A stretch of DNA of 62,699 nucleotides, filler included, from Bonamia ostreae (lineage: Eukaryota): assembly GCA_040357525.1 (NCBI GenBank). It is 23 parts of 23 records of this genome, joined end to end, with 100 filler letters (N's around TTAATTAATTAA, not from the genome) between each part and the next. Parts side by side here need not be neighbours in the genome. Positions count along the whole stretch, not along the records: positions 21,953 to 24,588 come from JBDODL010000744.1; positions 24,689 to 27,323 come from JBDODL010000745.1; positions 27,424 to 30,056 come from JBDODL010000746.1; positions 30,157 to 32,788 come from JBDODL010000747.1; positions 32,889 to 35,518 come from JBDODL010000748.1; positions 35,619 to 38,244 come from JBDODL010000749.1; 17 more parts are not named here. One strand, written 5' to 3'. The position numbers and the translations under genes were made by a program. This document shows, piece after piece, positions 23,496 through 35,789 of this stretch. The notes under the pieces are model-generated. The model searched no databases. It had not been told where the DNA came from and saw nothing but the letters and a program-made list of their open reading frames with translations. The stretch's first letter is position 1. The number at the start of each line of letters is the position of its first letter.

Positions 23496-24730
23496 TTCAG
23501 CATCTGGTTTCTTTGCAGACTAGAAAAAACTTTTCAGCGTCCTTAGCGAATTGAATTGTCATTGTCCTTTGCCCGTGTTTGACGAATCTGACTATTTTGT
23601 GCCCCCTCTATCATCTTGTTTTATTATAGAAACCTGTCTGATAATTTTATTAAATTTTTATATAAGTTAATGTCTCCCAAGTTAATGATCCATCTTTTTG
23701 GTATTAGCAGCTTTGTTAATATCTACTCTAAATAATAGCTGCGTGATCATAGTCAAAACAGTTTAATGTTGCATAAAGGTCATGAATTTTTAACACTTCT
23801 GAGTCAAAAACAATATCAGGGTGAGTTAAACACCGCTGGCATGTTTTAAAGTGTATTTTTTTAAGACCATATACAACGTCAAGATCGTTTGGTTTACGAA
23901 TAAAAGGATAATTCATAGATTTTGGCACCAAACAAGACTTAGAGTTGTTCAAGATTTTTTGTTCCGACAGAAATGTAAATATGATAATGAAATTGAACGA
24001 AATGAAGAGGATACGATCGAAACATAATTGAACATATGCAAAGAAAATTACAAATTAAATTTTATTAAATGAGGATGGACCACCTCTCCAAAAAAGGAAA
24101 TTATGATGCGAATTTATCAAAAACTGGAAAACCGAATTATTAGCTTTAATGATTTGTGATAATAACAATGACATTGTCAAAATTTATAAAAAATTTTCAT
24201 ACATTATTGGTTCAAATATTTTATATTAATAAACATACACATCGAAAATATCAGTTCAATCTGCAGGTAATTTCGTAAAAATAGGTAATTTTATTATGCA
24301 TTGCATTTTAGAAAAAACTCTTTTTTGCTTTATTCAAAATTTCGGTTCATTTACATAGTAGAAACATTAGTGCAACCTCCCTAAATCAGAGAGGCGCATA
24401 ATTAAAAATAGCTACGTTATTTAACTGAAATTTTTAAGGAGCCATTTACTTAATATTTCTGATAATACAAAGAACGATAAAGATTACGACTAAAATCCCG
24501 TTTATCACAGACGAGATTATAAAGCCTATCATTATTCCTTTTGAGTGTCCTTTATTCGGTGGAGAGGGCACATATTTCAGGTATTTTGNNNNNNNNNNNN
24601 NNNNNNNNNNNNNNNNNNNNNNNNNNNNNNNNTTAATTAATTAANNNNNNNNNNNNNNNNNNNNNNNNNNNNNNNNNNNNNNNNNNNNAATTTTATCGTT
24701 TTGGCGATTTTAATAAAAACTGTAAATAAT

Positions 24731-27220
24731 AGTCATTATTAAAATCAAAAAACACAAACGGTCCACAAACTCGCTACAGAATTTTGAACGAAAACGGGGA
24801 TTTTTATGACAGCGTTTGCATCGACGTCTCGATTTTAGGGAAAAACAGAATAGTTGTTTTGGGAAAAGAAACGAAAAATAGACAAAATAAATTATTCCTT
24901 TTTATAAAAAACGGCAAAAACGAGTTAAAAAGGAAAATCGAATTGAATTTTGATAAAACGGAGCGCATTTTTTTCGCTGATAAAAAAGTTCTTTTGAATG
25001 GCGAAGGAAAGCTAATTTTATTCGATCCTTTTAAAAAAGGCGTTGTGGCTGATTGCGCTGTTGATGTTTTCTGACAATAAAATTTTAATTTGCTAATTTT
25101 AAAAAAATCGCTTTGGCAATTTTAAAGGAAAAAGTGACAAAAGTAGTTTGGAATATCAACAAAAAGTTCTTTGCCGCGATAACGAAAAACAAAATTTATT
25201 TCATCGACGAAAATCTCAAAATTATTGGAAAATCTGTCGAAGACGACAATTTTGTTATCAATAATGGCATTTGGGACGATGCTCTTGGAACTTTTTTATA
25301 CACTATCAAAAACATTCTCAAATATTCGTTAAAAAATTTTATTAAAAATGACAAAAAAATCGATAAAAAAATAGCAAATTTTATAAAAAATGACTAAATA
25401 ATCGACATTAAATAGCAAATTTTATAAAAAATGACAAAAAATAGCAAATTTTATAAAAAAATGACAAAAAATAGCAAATTTTATAAAAAAAAATAACAAA
25501 AATAATCGACATTAAATAGCAAATTTTATTTAAAAAAAATAACAAAAATAATCGACAAAAAATAGCAAATTTTATAAAAATCAATAACAAAAAAAGTTTA
25601 TTAAACGGCGAAAACGGCAGAATCCACACATTCGAACAACCTCAACAATTGATAAAAATCATCGAAAGCGGCAAAAACAACACAATTCAGATTTTGACAA
25701 TGGACTATTCCCGCAACTTTTACATGTTTCCGCTGAACCGCTCAGAATACGAATTCAAAAAAGCAGTCGAACTCGACAATATCGAAGAAGTTAAAAAAAT
25801 TCTCGATTTTTCAAAATTCAGCGGACAAAAAATGGTCGATTTTTTGCTGCAGAAAAAGTATTCGAAAGCCGCTTTGCGGTTCGGCCGAGACGAAAACGTC
25901 CAATTTGGTCTCGCGTTGGATTGCGGCGATCTTGATTTTGCGATGAAATGTGCGCAAAAAATCAACGACAAATCAGTTTGGTTGAAACTCGGAGAAAGAG
26001 CTGTGGAACTTGGCTTCTTTGACGTTTTCTTGCATTTTTTGAAAATAAATTTTCGAATCGCCAAATTTTATAAAAATAAGATCGCAGAAAAGGCTTTAAT
26101 TTTATCGGAAAATTTTTTCAAATTGTCTTTTCTTTATTTGGTCGGAGACCAAAAAGAAAAAATGGAAAAACTTTTGCAATTCGCAGAAAAAACTGAAAAC
26201 AAAGCTCTCTTTTTGCAAATTTCGCTATTTTTGAATAGCGAAAATTCGTTAATAAAGCTTCTAAATAATTCCGGATTTTCTGCTCTCGCATATGCGGCAA
26301 TTAAAGCTTATAATTTGAATGGAGAAAAATTTGATATTAAAATTCCGGCAGAAGTTCGTAACAGAATCGACAGAATTCGTTTCGGAGAAGGAATTAAAAA
26401 CTGTTTTTCGGACAAAAATGGCGATTTGGATAAATGGCCTTCAAAAAATGTTAACAAAATTTTAAAAAATTGCTAATTTATTGCAAAAATAGAAAACTGT
26501 GAAAAATGTCAATAGCGAAATGGAAAAGATTCTCAAATCGATTGAAACCAAAACCGAAAATTTGGCGAAAAACGAAAAAATGGTTGAAAACGAGTTCAAT
26601 GATTTTCAAGATTGGATGGCTGTTTTTATTTAATCGCAAAATTTTGGCAAATCCGAAAAGCCAATTCAACAAAATTTGACAAAAAGGGACTAGAAAAACT
26701 GGAACAAGCAGCGGAAAAAGTTCAAAGAAAAGAACAGTCAAAATTGCCCGCCGAAAACCAAAATTCGGTCAACAAAAATTCACAAAATTTGGACAAAAAA
26801 TTGCCGAAAATTGGCAAAAAAGAATGTTTGGAATTTGGTCAGAAATGGATGGAAAACTCGCCTTCAGCGATCGACCTCATTTCCGCACAAAGATTCGATT
26901 TGGCCACAGAGCGATTGTACAGAAAATTTGGAGTCGTCGACCCGAAACCGCTCCAAAATTTGTTCTTGGAAATAGCGCAAAGCACTTCGATGAAAATGTG
27001 TTTGTTGCCGGATTTCGCGCCGATTCGAGTCGGCGTTTCGACGAGGAAAAAAAGTTTTTTGAAGCCGTTGCACGGATTCAACGTGGAGAAAGTGGAGAGG
27101 GAATTTGATTTGGCTCTGAAAAAGGTGACAGCGAGGAAGTTGGAAGAGGCAATGGCGGATTTTAAGAGGATTTTGTTGATTTTGTGTGTTGTTGAAATGA
27201 GTTGTGACGCCGAGATCAAT
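24731..27220 (+). CDS. COPA: Coatomer subunit alpha, internal fragment, multi-exon
   Basis: QFGLALDCGDLDFA..WLKLGERA..NFFKLSFLYLV; WMENSPSAIDLISAQRFDLATERLYRKFGVVDPKPL. Confidence 0.88.
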
Positions 27221-27423
27221 GTTTTTTTCGTCGATTTTTAATTTTTTGAATTTTTTGTTTTTGAAATATTAAAACTGAATTTTGAATTTGTTTTTGAAAT
27301 GTTAAAACAATAAATTTTTTGTTNNNNNNNNNNNNNNNNNNNNNNNNNNNNNNNNNNNNNNNNNNNNTTAATTAATTAANNNNNNNNNNNNNNNNNNNNN
27401 NNNNNNNNNNNNNNNNNNNNNNN

Positions 27424-30056
27424 TTGAAGAATCCTCATCTTCACAATTAATTTATACACTTACATCTTTTCTTTAAATTTTAAATAGCGTCATTCCAAGT
27501 TACTAAGTAACACCTCAACATCATTATCTCTTCTCTACTTTCTATTGATATCAGGAGATGAAGTATGAGGGTCAATGTTCGTAAGAAGCCTATAATTTTG
27601 TGCATGGAAGTAAATAAAATAATATCTGAAATAAGGTCTTAAATTTGTAATTATACCCTATTCGTCTCCTTTCATAGATCCTTAAGATGATACACATCAT
27701 GTGAGCGTTTCACATTTCATTGTTTGACAGATTATGGCCACAATGGTCAAACAACTTGAACATATATACATCCATATAAACTGTGGGGTCGACTTTCAAC
27801 AGGGTTCATCCCCAAAAAGATCATTTCCATGTGTTGTTAGTAACGGCAATTAGCATCATAAGTTACGGTAATCAAAATCATTCTACAACATACATTCTAT
27901 TTAAAGCTATTTTTAGCTTGTAACCTTATTGAAATTCTCTATATGAAATAAACTTTAACAAATTAACATCCAATTATCAACTGTCAATATCATAATGCAA
28001 CATCCCCATTAAAGATGAAGATTTTACCCTGTATCAGTCCCGGGGAAACCGGGTTAGAATAGNNNNNNNNNNCCATATGAGTGAAAAATCTCAAGTGGAC
28101 GTTAAACATTACAACCAACCTCACATCATTCCAAAGTGAATAGTTCTGGACCAAGTCGTGCAAGTATGGAACATCCAGGAATGCTGATAACAAGTGATAT
28201 ATGAGAGAAGAATATCAACAGCCAAAGAATTGAACAGAACGAACAAGAATGGTGGGTTGGATTGGTATTTCAAATTTCCCCGCTCTCAATTTTTACTGAC
28301 CTTCTTAAATGCTGCAGGATGAGAAAGGGAAGTGATGTTACGGTAAATTGAGAATGATACCTGGTAGTCAGAAACAGGGTTCCGGATTATACAACGTCTG
28401 GCAATGATGACTAAATCAACAACTTGACATGTCTTAGATTTAAAAAAAAACCGATACCATAATCAAATAACACTATCTACCTCAATGACATATCACCCAT
28501 AGAAGAGGGGATGGGGAGATAACCACAAATATTTACAAGCTAAAATATGTGCTGCAATTATGAAAGTCTGTATTAACCCATTGGTTCAGTAATCCAACAC
28601 AAAACTTATGTTGATAATTATACAATACAGTTCTCACAAATATTTTGTAGATGAAACAAAGTATGAAAGCATTTTACAATTTATTGTTTGGAAGATATTG
28701 GTCACAGTCGCCAAAACAACTTGAACATATATACAACCATATAAACTATGGAGTAACCTTTTAACAGGGTTCATTCTTAATTAACATGTGTCGTCCATAA
28801 CGGTAAATACACTGCTGGGTAATCACAATNNNNNNNNNNCTTGTAACCTTATTGAAATTGTTGATATGAAATACAAACCTCTGCATGCAGAAAATCATAT
28901 GAGGTTGTCCACCAACACACGACAAGGGTAGGAACCTTCAAATGATAAATGGCCACTTTGTCACTGTTTAGAATCCTTCGCCCATGTGATAATCATATAA
29001 AATATACAAGGTAATTCTTTTCGTTTCCCCGATCCGTAAAATACTCAAATGTCCCTTGAATTGAATTAAGCGTGAGTGATAACACCGCAATCAAATTCCC
29101 ATTCAGTCTATTTCTTGCTTGTTCCATAGTTCTAACATAAGAGTGTCTGCATGAAAAGGGAAGGACCAAACCAGCGTAGTCTCAACGAAGATGCTGGACT
29201 GTAATTACATGTCCCACTTAATTAGATCCGAAAATCAGGAAAGTTTCATTTGTACTACATATGTACCCAGAATGGTTTACACTAAGTGTAAACTACAAAA
29301 CCCAAGACTGTCCACTAGAAAGCAATATCAACTTGAAATTTGAAGAAAACAATCCAAACTATTTTACTTCACTTTGTAATTTCAACTATAGAAAATATAT
29401 GATTGTGCCAAGCAATGACGTACATTGTAAATTATTGGCTGCACAATAAGTAAAAAAAAAGAAGATGATAATCTCCTAGGGCAGCTAGGTACCTAACTTT
29501 GCAAATCAGGTCGATGAAGTTTACCTCCCATACCCTTGTCACAGAATATCCATTCCTCTTTTATTCTATCCTCCTGGTGTAATTCGTGCTGCTTTCATTG
29601 CCCGTTTTACAATTGACAAACCGACTATCCATTCCTTGATATCGTTACGTTGTGGGATCCCTATAATATGCATTAAAATCTAACACATCATAAACTTTCA
29701 CAGAGTGAATGATTAACATAAAAGAGATGTTCACGTAAGTGACGATCTAATATAAGCTTGGAACGCAGTATACCTCCATTTTCCAGCTATTTTGATTTCA
29801 TCACATAAACCCCTTTACCTGCTGCCACTGGCACAGCCCCTATTCTGAATAAAATGATACCTGTAGCACCTCTGCTATCTAGACCTATAGGGGCAATGGT
29901 TCATCCCTATCTAAACCTATAGGGGCAATGGGTCATCTAAAACAGCTCTTGCGTCCTTAAAATTAGTCATAGTCGGAACTGGGCAAATAACTGAATCATG
30001 ACAATTCTGTACAATCATGACCTCTTTCCCAAACGTATCAGTTTTTGAACACTCAA
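27424..30056. other. Gene-poor, host-like contig with a diverged direct duplication (about 27730-27950 vs 28695-28870)
   Basis: Shared aaacaacttgaacatata..ccatataaact..aacagggttcat and cttgtaaccttattgaaatt. No compact genes or micro-introns. Confidence 0.5.
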
Positions 30057-31099
30057 NNNNNNNNNNNNNNNNNNNNNNNNNNNNNNNNNNNNNNNNNNNN
30101 TTAATTAATTAANNNNNNNNNNNNNNNNNNNNNNNNNNNNNNNNNNNNNNNNNNNNTATCATTTCCGTAAACTATCGATAGTTCATCTGTTATTGTCGAA
30201 AGCCTCAGTTCGCGCAAAGAAACTATCAATATCCTTTTTTTGCATTTACTAAAATTCTGTTCTGGAATTTCGTATCTTTATTGTCACATTTATCGATTTA
30301 ATGAAAACAGTGCAACATTAGTAATCAAGTAAAATCTTGTAACCCAACTATTATTCGAACGAAGACGTTTCACATAATCTGAAAAATAAATTATTTCGCG
30401 TCCTTTCCCTTTCTTTTGCAACTAATAAATCATTAAAAAGCACAAAAATGGCAAAAATAAAAAAAATTTTAATTGACAAATTTTATTTTTCGCGGTAAAA
30501 AAGCAAATTTTTTATTGCGGTTAAAACCAATTTTTTTATAGCGGCGATCTTTTCAGTCTGGTTGATTTGATGACTGCTAAATCGATTCATTCTAATGAAA
30601 TAGTAAAGTTAATTTGATTTATATTCCGGAAATAATGAACAGAAATTATAGTTTTGGTTTATTTTAAAAAATTTGTTTCTAATTTATCAAAAATTCAAAA
30701 ATTGTTCTATGAAAACAAAGATTTGGGCTAATTAATTAATATAACATATTTTGATTTAGACAATACAGAAAAGTAAACTTTAATATATTGTAAATCACAA
30801 TAAGCTTTAATTTTAGATTTCGTATTTTCGTTGTGTCGTGTGGATTCCGTCCTCGCTGATTACCGGATAGAATGAATTTTTTGATTTTATTAACCGATTT
30901 TTATTCTTTTTTAAATATCATTAAAATTTTCGGCTGTTTTGTACCGATTTTCACCTTTTTTATTTTTTGGTTTTAGTTCTGTCGGTTATAATTTTGCTCT
31001 TTTTGTCTTTGTAAGGACATTTAAACAGTTTTTTTGAGCGGCAATATTATTATTGCAGTTGTTTTGGTATTAGATTTTGTGACATTATGTTAAATTTTT

Positions 31100-31340
31100 T
31101 GTGCCACTTTCTTTTATATTTTAGTTTTAAAATAAAATGTTTTTAAATTTTTTTGAATCAAAATGTTTTTTATCTATAACAATTTTTCGTATCATTTTGG
31201 CTAAAAATATTTGAGTTTTTTTTCAATATTTCGACTAAATAAGCGTGCCACTTTATTATATCCATTTTTAGACTAAAAATTATATCATGGGAAAGAAGAA
31301 AGATTTAACTGAATCTGAAAAAATAAAAATTCTAAAAATA
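31100..31340 (+). mobile_element. Truncated 5' end of a Tc1-like transposon
   Basis: Two GTGCCACTTT repeats and aatatttcgactaaataagcgtgccactt, shared with the element at 39657. Followed by ATG 31287 MGKKKDLTESEKIKIL. Confidence 0.7.
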
Positions 31341-31517
31341 ACAAAAATTTCCTAATTTCCAAGTCAATCTGTCGCAACAGAAAGACTATAAATTTTTAAA
31401 ATGGCTAAATTGCAAAATTTAAAATCTGGTACTGGACTCAATCGAAAATTTAAAGAGAAATGTCAAAATTATTATTGTTTGTAAATACATTCGCCAATAA
31501 AATATCAAATATGAAAT

Positions 31518-32769
31518 TTAATTTTTCTCTTTCCGGTACAATTGGTAGTAGCTGAATATCAAGTTCACCGTCATGAAAATACCGGTTCCAGACATCAAGG
31601 CTCCTTCATTTATTTAGGTTAATCGTTTTCCATAAAATTCGCTATTTGCAAATTTGCAAAACAAACTCCGAAAGTGCTTTTAAAAAATGGTTCATCTAAC
31701 CTGTTATTTGCGACAAAACAGTCAAAATGCCGACCGCCACGCCGCCCAATATCGTGGACGGGAACACATTCTTCTCTATCGTCGGCAAAGTCTCCTTTCT
31801 GCTTTTCTTGTAAAATTGGATTCCCTGTGAATCGAGCATCCGGGCTTGCGACTTCGGAGAGCTGCCGGACGCCTCCATCCACAGCATCGAGAAAACCCCG
31901 CACAGCAGCGCTATCAAGAAAACGTGCAAGAGAAAGTGCATCGGGTCGCCGAAAATGCTGTGGATCGAGCGGACGGGGCGAAGATAGTACGCCAACCCTT
32001 TATCAGTCAATGCACACAACCTCCGACTGGCGAGTACTGACCCCCCACTGCTTCCCAACGGCCGATCAGGCGAACAAGAAAGTTGTGCGAATAGCGGCGG
32101 TACAGGATTTTCGAGAACATGTGGAAGTTGGCGACGATCGTCGTCTGGAAGATAACCGGGAAAGTCGACATCGGAATCAGTTTGATCGTAAAATTGCCGA
32201 TCACTCCGCGCACGCCTCTTTTCGAGAGGGGGAGATCAAATTTGAAGTCCTCCAAGTAGATGACGATCAAGCACACGGCGCAAGTCGATAGCAGATTGCA
32301 GATGTTCGGAAAATCTTCTCTCGTGGCAGCCTGGATTTAACGAGAAAACCGAGAAAAGTCTTTTCAGCGATCGGTCGGAACGCAATCCGACGTGCAGAAC
32401 TTCAACGACCGCGCCTTCGAATTGAATTCCTTTCGCGGTGTGGAGAGTGGTGGGAGAAAAACAATTCCAAAAAATGCTTTCGCAGACGTTTGTGGCAATA
32501 AAAAGAGAAATCCCGGAACCGAGCCCGTATCCCTTTTCGAGCATTTCGTCTAGCAACAAGACGACGATGCCGGCTAAACAGAGCTGCGAAGCGATGATAA
32601 CGATGTTGCCGATTCCGAGTTGATCGAAACTGCCGTATAAGCCGGAGCGAATCAAAATGGCGGATTCGAAGAAAATTGCGAACATTGCGAAGATTTTTTG
32701 GGCGGATAGAAAGACTTTTTTGTGGTAAGGATCGCTTTTGTCGAACTTGATGAAACTTGATTTTGTCAA
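31518..32769 (-). CDS. SEC61A: Sec61 alpha translocon subunit (divergent), 5'-partial
   Basis: LLLDEMLEKGYGLGSGISLFIATNVCESIFW..FSPTT..FEGA; PVGGLAYYL; SGSSPK; SGTGI. Introns 32331-32349, 31998-32020, 31604-31700. Confidence 0.92.
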
Positions 32770-32888
32770 AATGGTTTATCGGAAGAAANNNNNNNNNNNN
32801 NNNNNNNNNNNNNNNNNNNNNNNNNNNNNNNNTTAATTAATTAANNNNNNNNNNNNNNNNNNNNNNNNNNNNNNNNNNNNNNNNNNNN

Positions 32889-33249
32889 ATGTGGGATCTG
32901 AGAGTTGGTAACTTGAACAAGTGGGTGACCGGAAGGCATTTGATGGAACATTTTTGGGAATTTGGGGATATTTTGGAGGTTAACGTTAATGGGGAAAAAG
33001 GTTTTAAATTTTTCGCGCAAAATTTTAGTTGTAAATATGTTTATTCGGTTACAAAACTTTATAAACGATAACAATTGCTAAATTTTTTGAGCGGTAACAA
33101 ATTTTATAAAAGGGGAAGGTAATATTAGATACGGAAAAAAAGACTTTGCGATAATGGCTGCTAGAAGTATGAATGGAAAAAACATACCAATAAGTTCAAA
33201 TTTGTTTGTAAGAATAAAGCCGAATTGGTCTGGCAAAGCAATAAAGTAA
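32889..33249 (+). CDS. C-terminal RRM of an RNA-binding protein, 5'-partial
   Basis: LRVGNLNKWVT..FWEFGDI; after two introns FIRYG..AIMAARSMNGK..IKPNW. Confidence 0.7.
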
Positions 33250-33715
33250 ATTTAATAAAAAGCAATTTTCAGTTAATTTGGAAGATATTTTTAAATATTT
33301 AAATTAAAATTCTTAAAATGGAATTATCTGTTCTAATTTGCTATTATTCATTACAATTAGAAAATAAAAGATTCTTACAAACAGAAGACATCAAAAATGA
33401 TGAACTTAAAGTACTTCTTAACAAAGGTAGACCGCTTCCAGAAAAAAATAGTTTTGAAATATTAAAAATATCTATAAAATCGATGCGTTTTTTAAATATC
33501 TAAAAATACTTCTTTTTAAATGATTTATATATTTTTTGTTGCACAACAATAAATCTCATCTATCATTAGAAAAAATTTTATTGTTAATGTTTGAATGGTC
33601 TATAAACAGCCCCTTACAAGCCATATCAAGAGACTTAATTATAGATAAAAACATTCTTGTGAGATGTAGCAGTATTTAAATGTGAAAACGATACGAAAAA
33701 ATTGATGGAAAACGC

Positions 33716-34024
33716 TTGGTGTTAGAAATCGATGAATCTGTAACCAGTAGAAGAAAGCATAACAGTGGAAGATTGATAAAGACACGGTGGATGGTTGATG
33801 TTAAATGCTATTCTACAAAAAATTTTCATCGAAAAGTAGAATCTAGAAATGCTGAAGTTATTCGAGACATCATCGAAAGAAGAATCGAAAAGGGTTCTAT
33901 TATTATATCTGATTGCTGGAGAGCCTATAAAAATCTTACTGATTTTGGGATATGTCATTTAGTCTTAAATTTTACTGATTTTTTTGGGAAAAGATTTAAT
34001 TTTAATTTGGAAAAAAGGTTGTGA
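33716..34024 (+). mobile_element. Merlin/IS1595(ISXO2)-family transposase remnant
   Basis: VLEIDES..RRKHNSGRL..W..IEKGSIIISDCWRAYKNL..H..NF; truncated. Confidence 0.85.
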
Positions 34025-34407
34025 TAACAAAGAAAAGATTGTGTAAATTTAATTAGTAAAATCTATGGAATTTGACACATTTTAAAAATTATCAAAGACA
34101 CCATTAATATAGAAATTTTTTTTATTAATGATTATGTGTTCGTATTGTATGTTTAAATATTTTTTAAACAGAAGGGATGGTTTTGGGGGTGGGGAGTCCT
34201 CAACTAGGTTTTTTAATTGATAATTTTATCCATTAAAATTCAACAAATATTTATATAAAATACAAATTAAATCCATAAATTTGTTTTTTTTATATTTAAC
34301 CCTAACCCTAAAACAAATATTTCCATACAAATTGATATAAAATACAAATTGAGTTCAAAAATTCGTTTTTTTAATATTAAATCCGATTAAAAAACTAACA
34401 ATAACGA

Positions 34408-34869
34408 ATGGACGAATACACAGAATCCGAATTACAGAATATCTTTTCTGAAGCAAGTCATTATCTTGAAGTTCCAAATCATTACGAAGACAATGAATCA
34501 GTCATTTTAGATAACGAAAACGATGACACTCGTTTTCTGAAAAAGAATCGGGACAAAATTAATGAAATAAACGAGGTATTCGAAGAATATAATCAAAAAT
34601 ATTGGACAATCGAAGATCCAAAATCGCAAGAATTTACTGGAACGGGTAGCTCTACTACTAGATACCAATTAAATAATGGTGAAATGGATATACTGCAAGC
34701 ACATTCGCAGTTCGAATTTGTTCCCGACCCAAACGGATTTCAAAATGTCAACGTTTCTGGTCAGTATAATTACGAATCTTTGTATCAAGAAATCGATAAT
34801 TCAATAAGTGGAGATCACGAGATTGAATTATCAATTGATAATTCAATTAATGTGCTATTGTACAATTGA
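34408..34869 (+). CDS. Hypothetical acidic protein
   Basis: 153-aa intact ORF rich in D/E/N; no family recognised. Confidence 0.4.
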   Translation: MDEYTESELQNIFSEASHYLEVPNHYEDNESVILDNENDDTRFLKKNRDKINEINEVFEEYNQKYWTIEDPKSQEFTGTGSSTTRYQLNNGEMDILQAHSQFEFVPDPNGFQNVNVSGQYNYESLYQEIDNSISGDHEIELSIDNSINVLLYN

Positions 34870-35325
34870 TGTACTATATTAAATTCTGTGCTATTGATAT
34901 TAAAATCTTCATTTAATTAACTTCTGATGTAGAAAATAACTCTTCTATAATTTTAATTTTACTTCATCTTCTTCTCGCCTTTTGTATTATCATTAATTGA
35001 TTTCAAGATGTCTTTTAGTACTGATCTGAACAATATAGTCTTGTTCGCATAATAAGTTGCTTCTTAAAACGGTTATGTAACTAAGTTGATAAATATCAAT
35101 AAACTTCTGCACAATCGACATACGATAATAAACTTCATTTTCGTTCAGAAATTTCAATACCAATACATTTTTCGAAATTTTGATACTATTTTTGCACAAG
35201 ACATTATTTTAATGCCAATATTTGTTAACAAAGATTAAAAAATTATTTTTAGAAAAAATAACGAAATCTTAAATTGCCAAATTTTTAGTAATTTGTAAAA
35301 TATTATCGGCAGTTTTTCAAAAATA

Positions 35326-35518
35326 ATGCCAGAAAATTGTAAATCAGAATCCCAAAAAATCATTTTTGAAAACGATTTTTGGGACGAACTTTTTAAGCGA
35401 GTCAATTTGGAAAATATTCAAATTAATAATTTGATTTTGGATTACTTCGTTTATAAAGGCAACTACAACGCCGCCAATGCCTTTATCAACGAAACCAATC
35501 TTTTCCGTTATTCAATAA
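35326..35518 (+). CDS. GID8: LisH-domain CTLH-complex subunit (GID8/TWA1-like), 3'-partial
   Basis: WDELFKRVNLENIQINNLILDYFVYKGNYNAANAFINET matches the GID8 N-terminus and LisH pattern. Confidence 0.6.
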
Positions 35519-35618
35519 NNNNNNNNNNNNNNNNNNNNNNNNNNNNNNNNNNNNNNNNNNNNTTAATTAATTAANNNNNNNNNNNNNNNNNNNNNNNNNN
35601 NNNNNNNNNNNNNNNNNN

Positions 35619-35720
35619 TGAGAAGTGTTTTGGAATATGGAAGTCCAATTTGGGGTTACACGACCAAAACCAGATTAAACAAAATAGAGAGCATTCAGCA
35701 TTGGTGTTTAACTAAAATTA
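35619..35720 (+). pseudogene. 3' fragment of a non-LTR retrotransposon ORF2
   Basis: RSVLEYGSPIWG..LNKIESIQ, the post-RT motif. Confidence 0.65.
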
Positions 35721-35789
35721 AATGTTTTGCTTGGATAATTTGTCATTTATATTTATGAATAAACAGACCAATTCAAATCTTATATCAAT

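Noticed and set aside
31674-32291. 205-aa + strand ORF and similar long antisense ORFs (4364-4813, 15564-16019, 51220-51669, 56443-56796)
   Set aside because: These are shadows of recognisable genes on the opposite strand.
34297-34311. Telomeric TAACCCTAACCCTAA
   Set aside because: Only 2.5 units and internal; too short to call a telomere.
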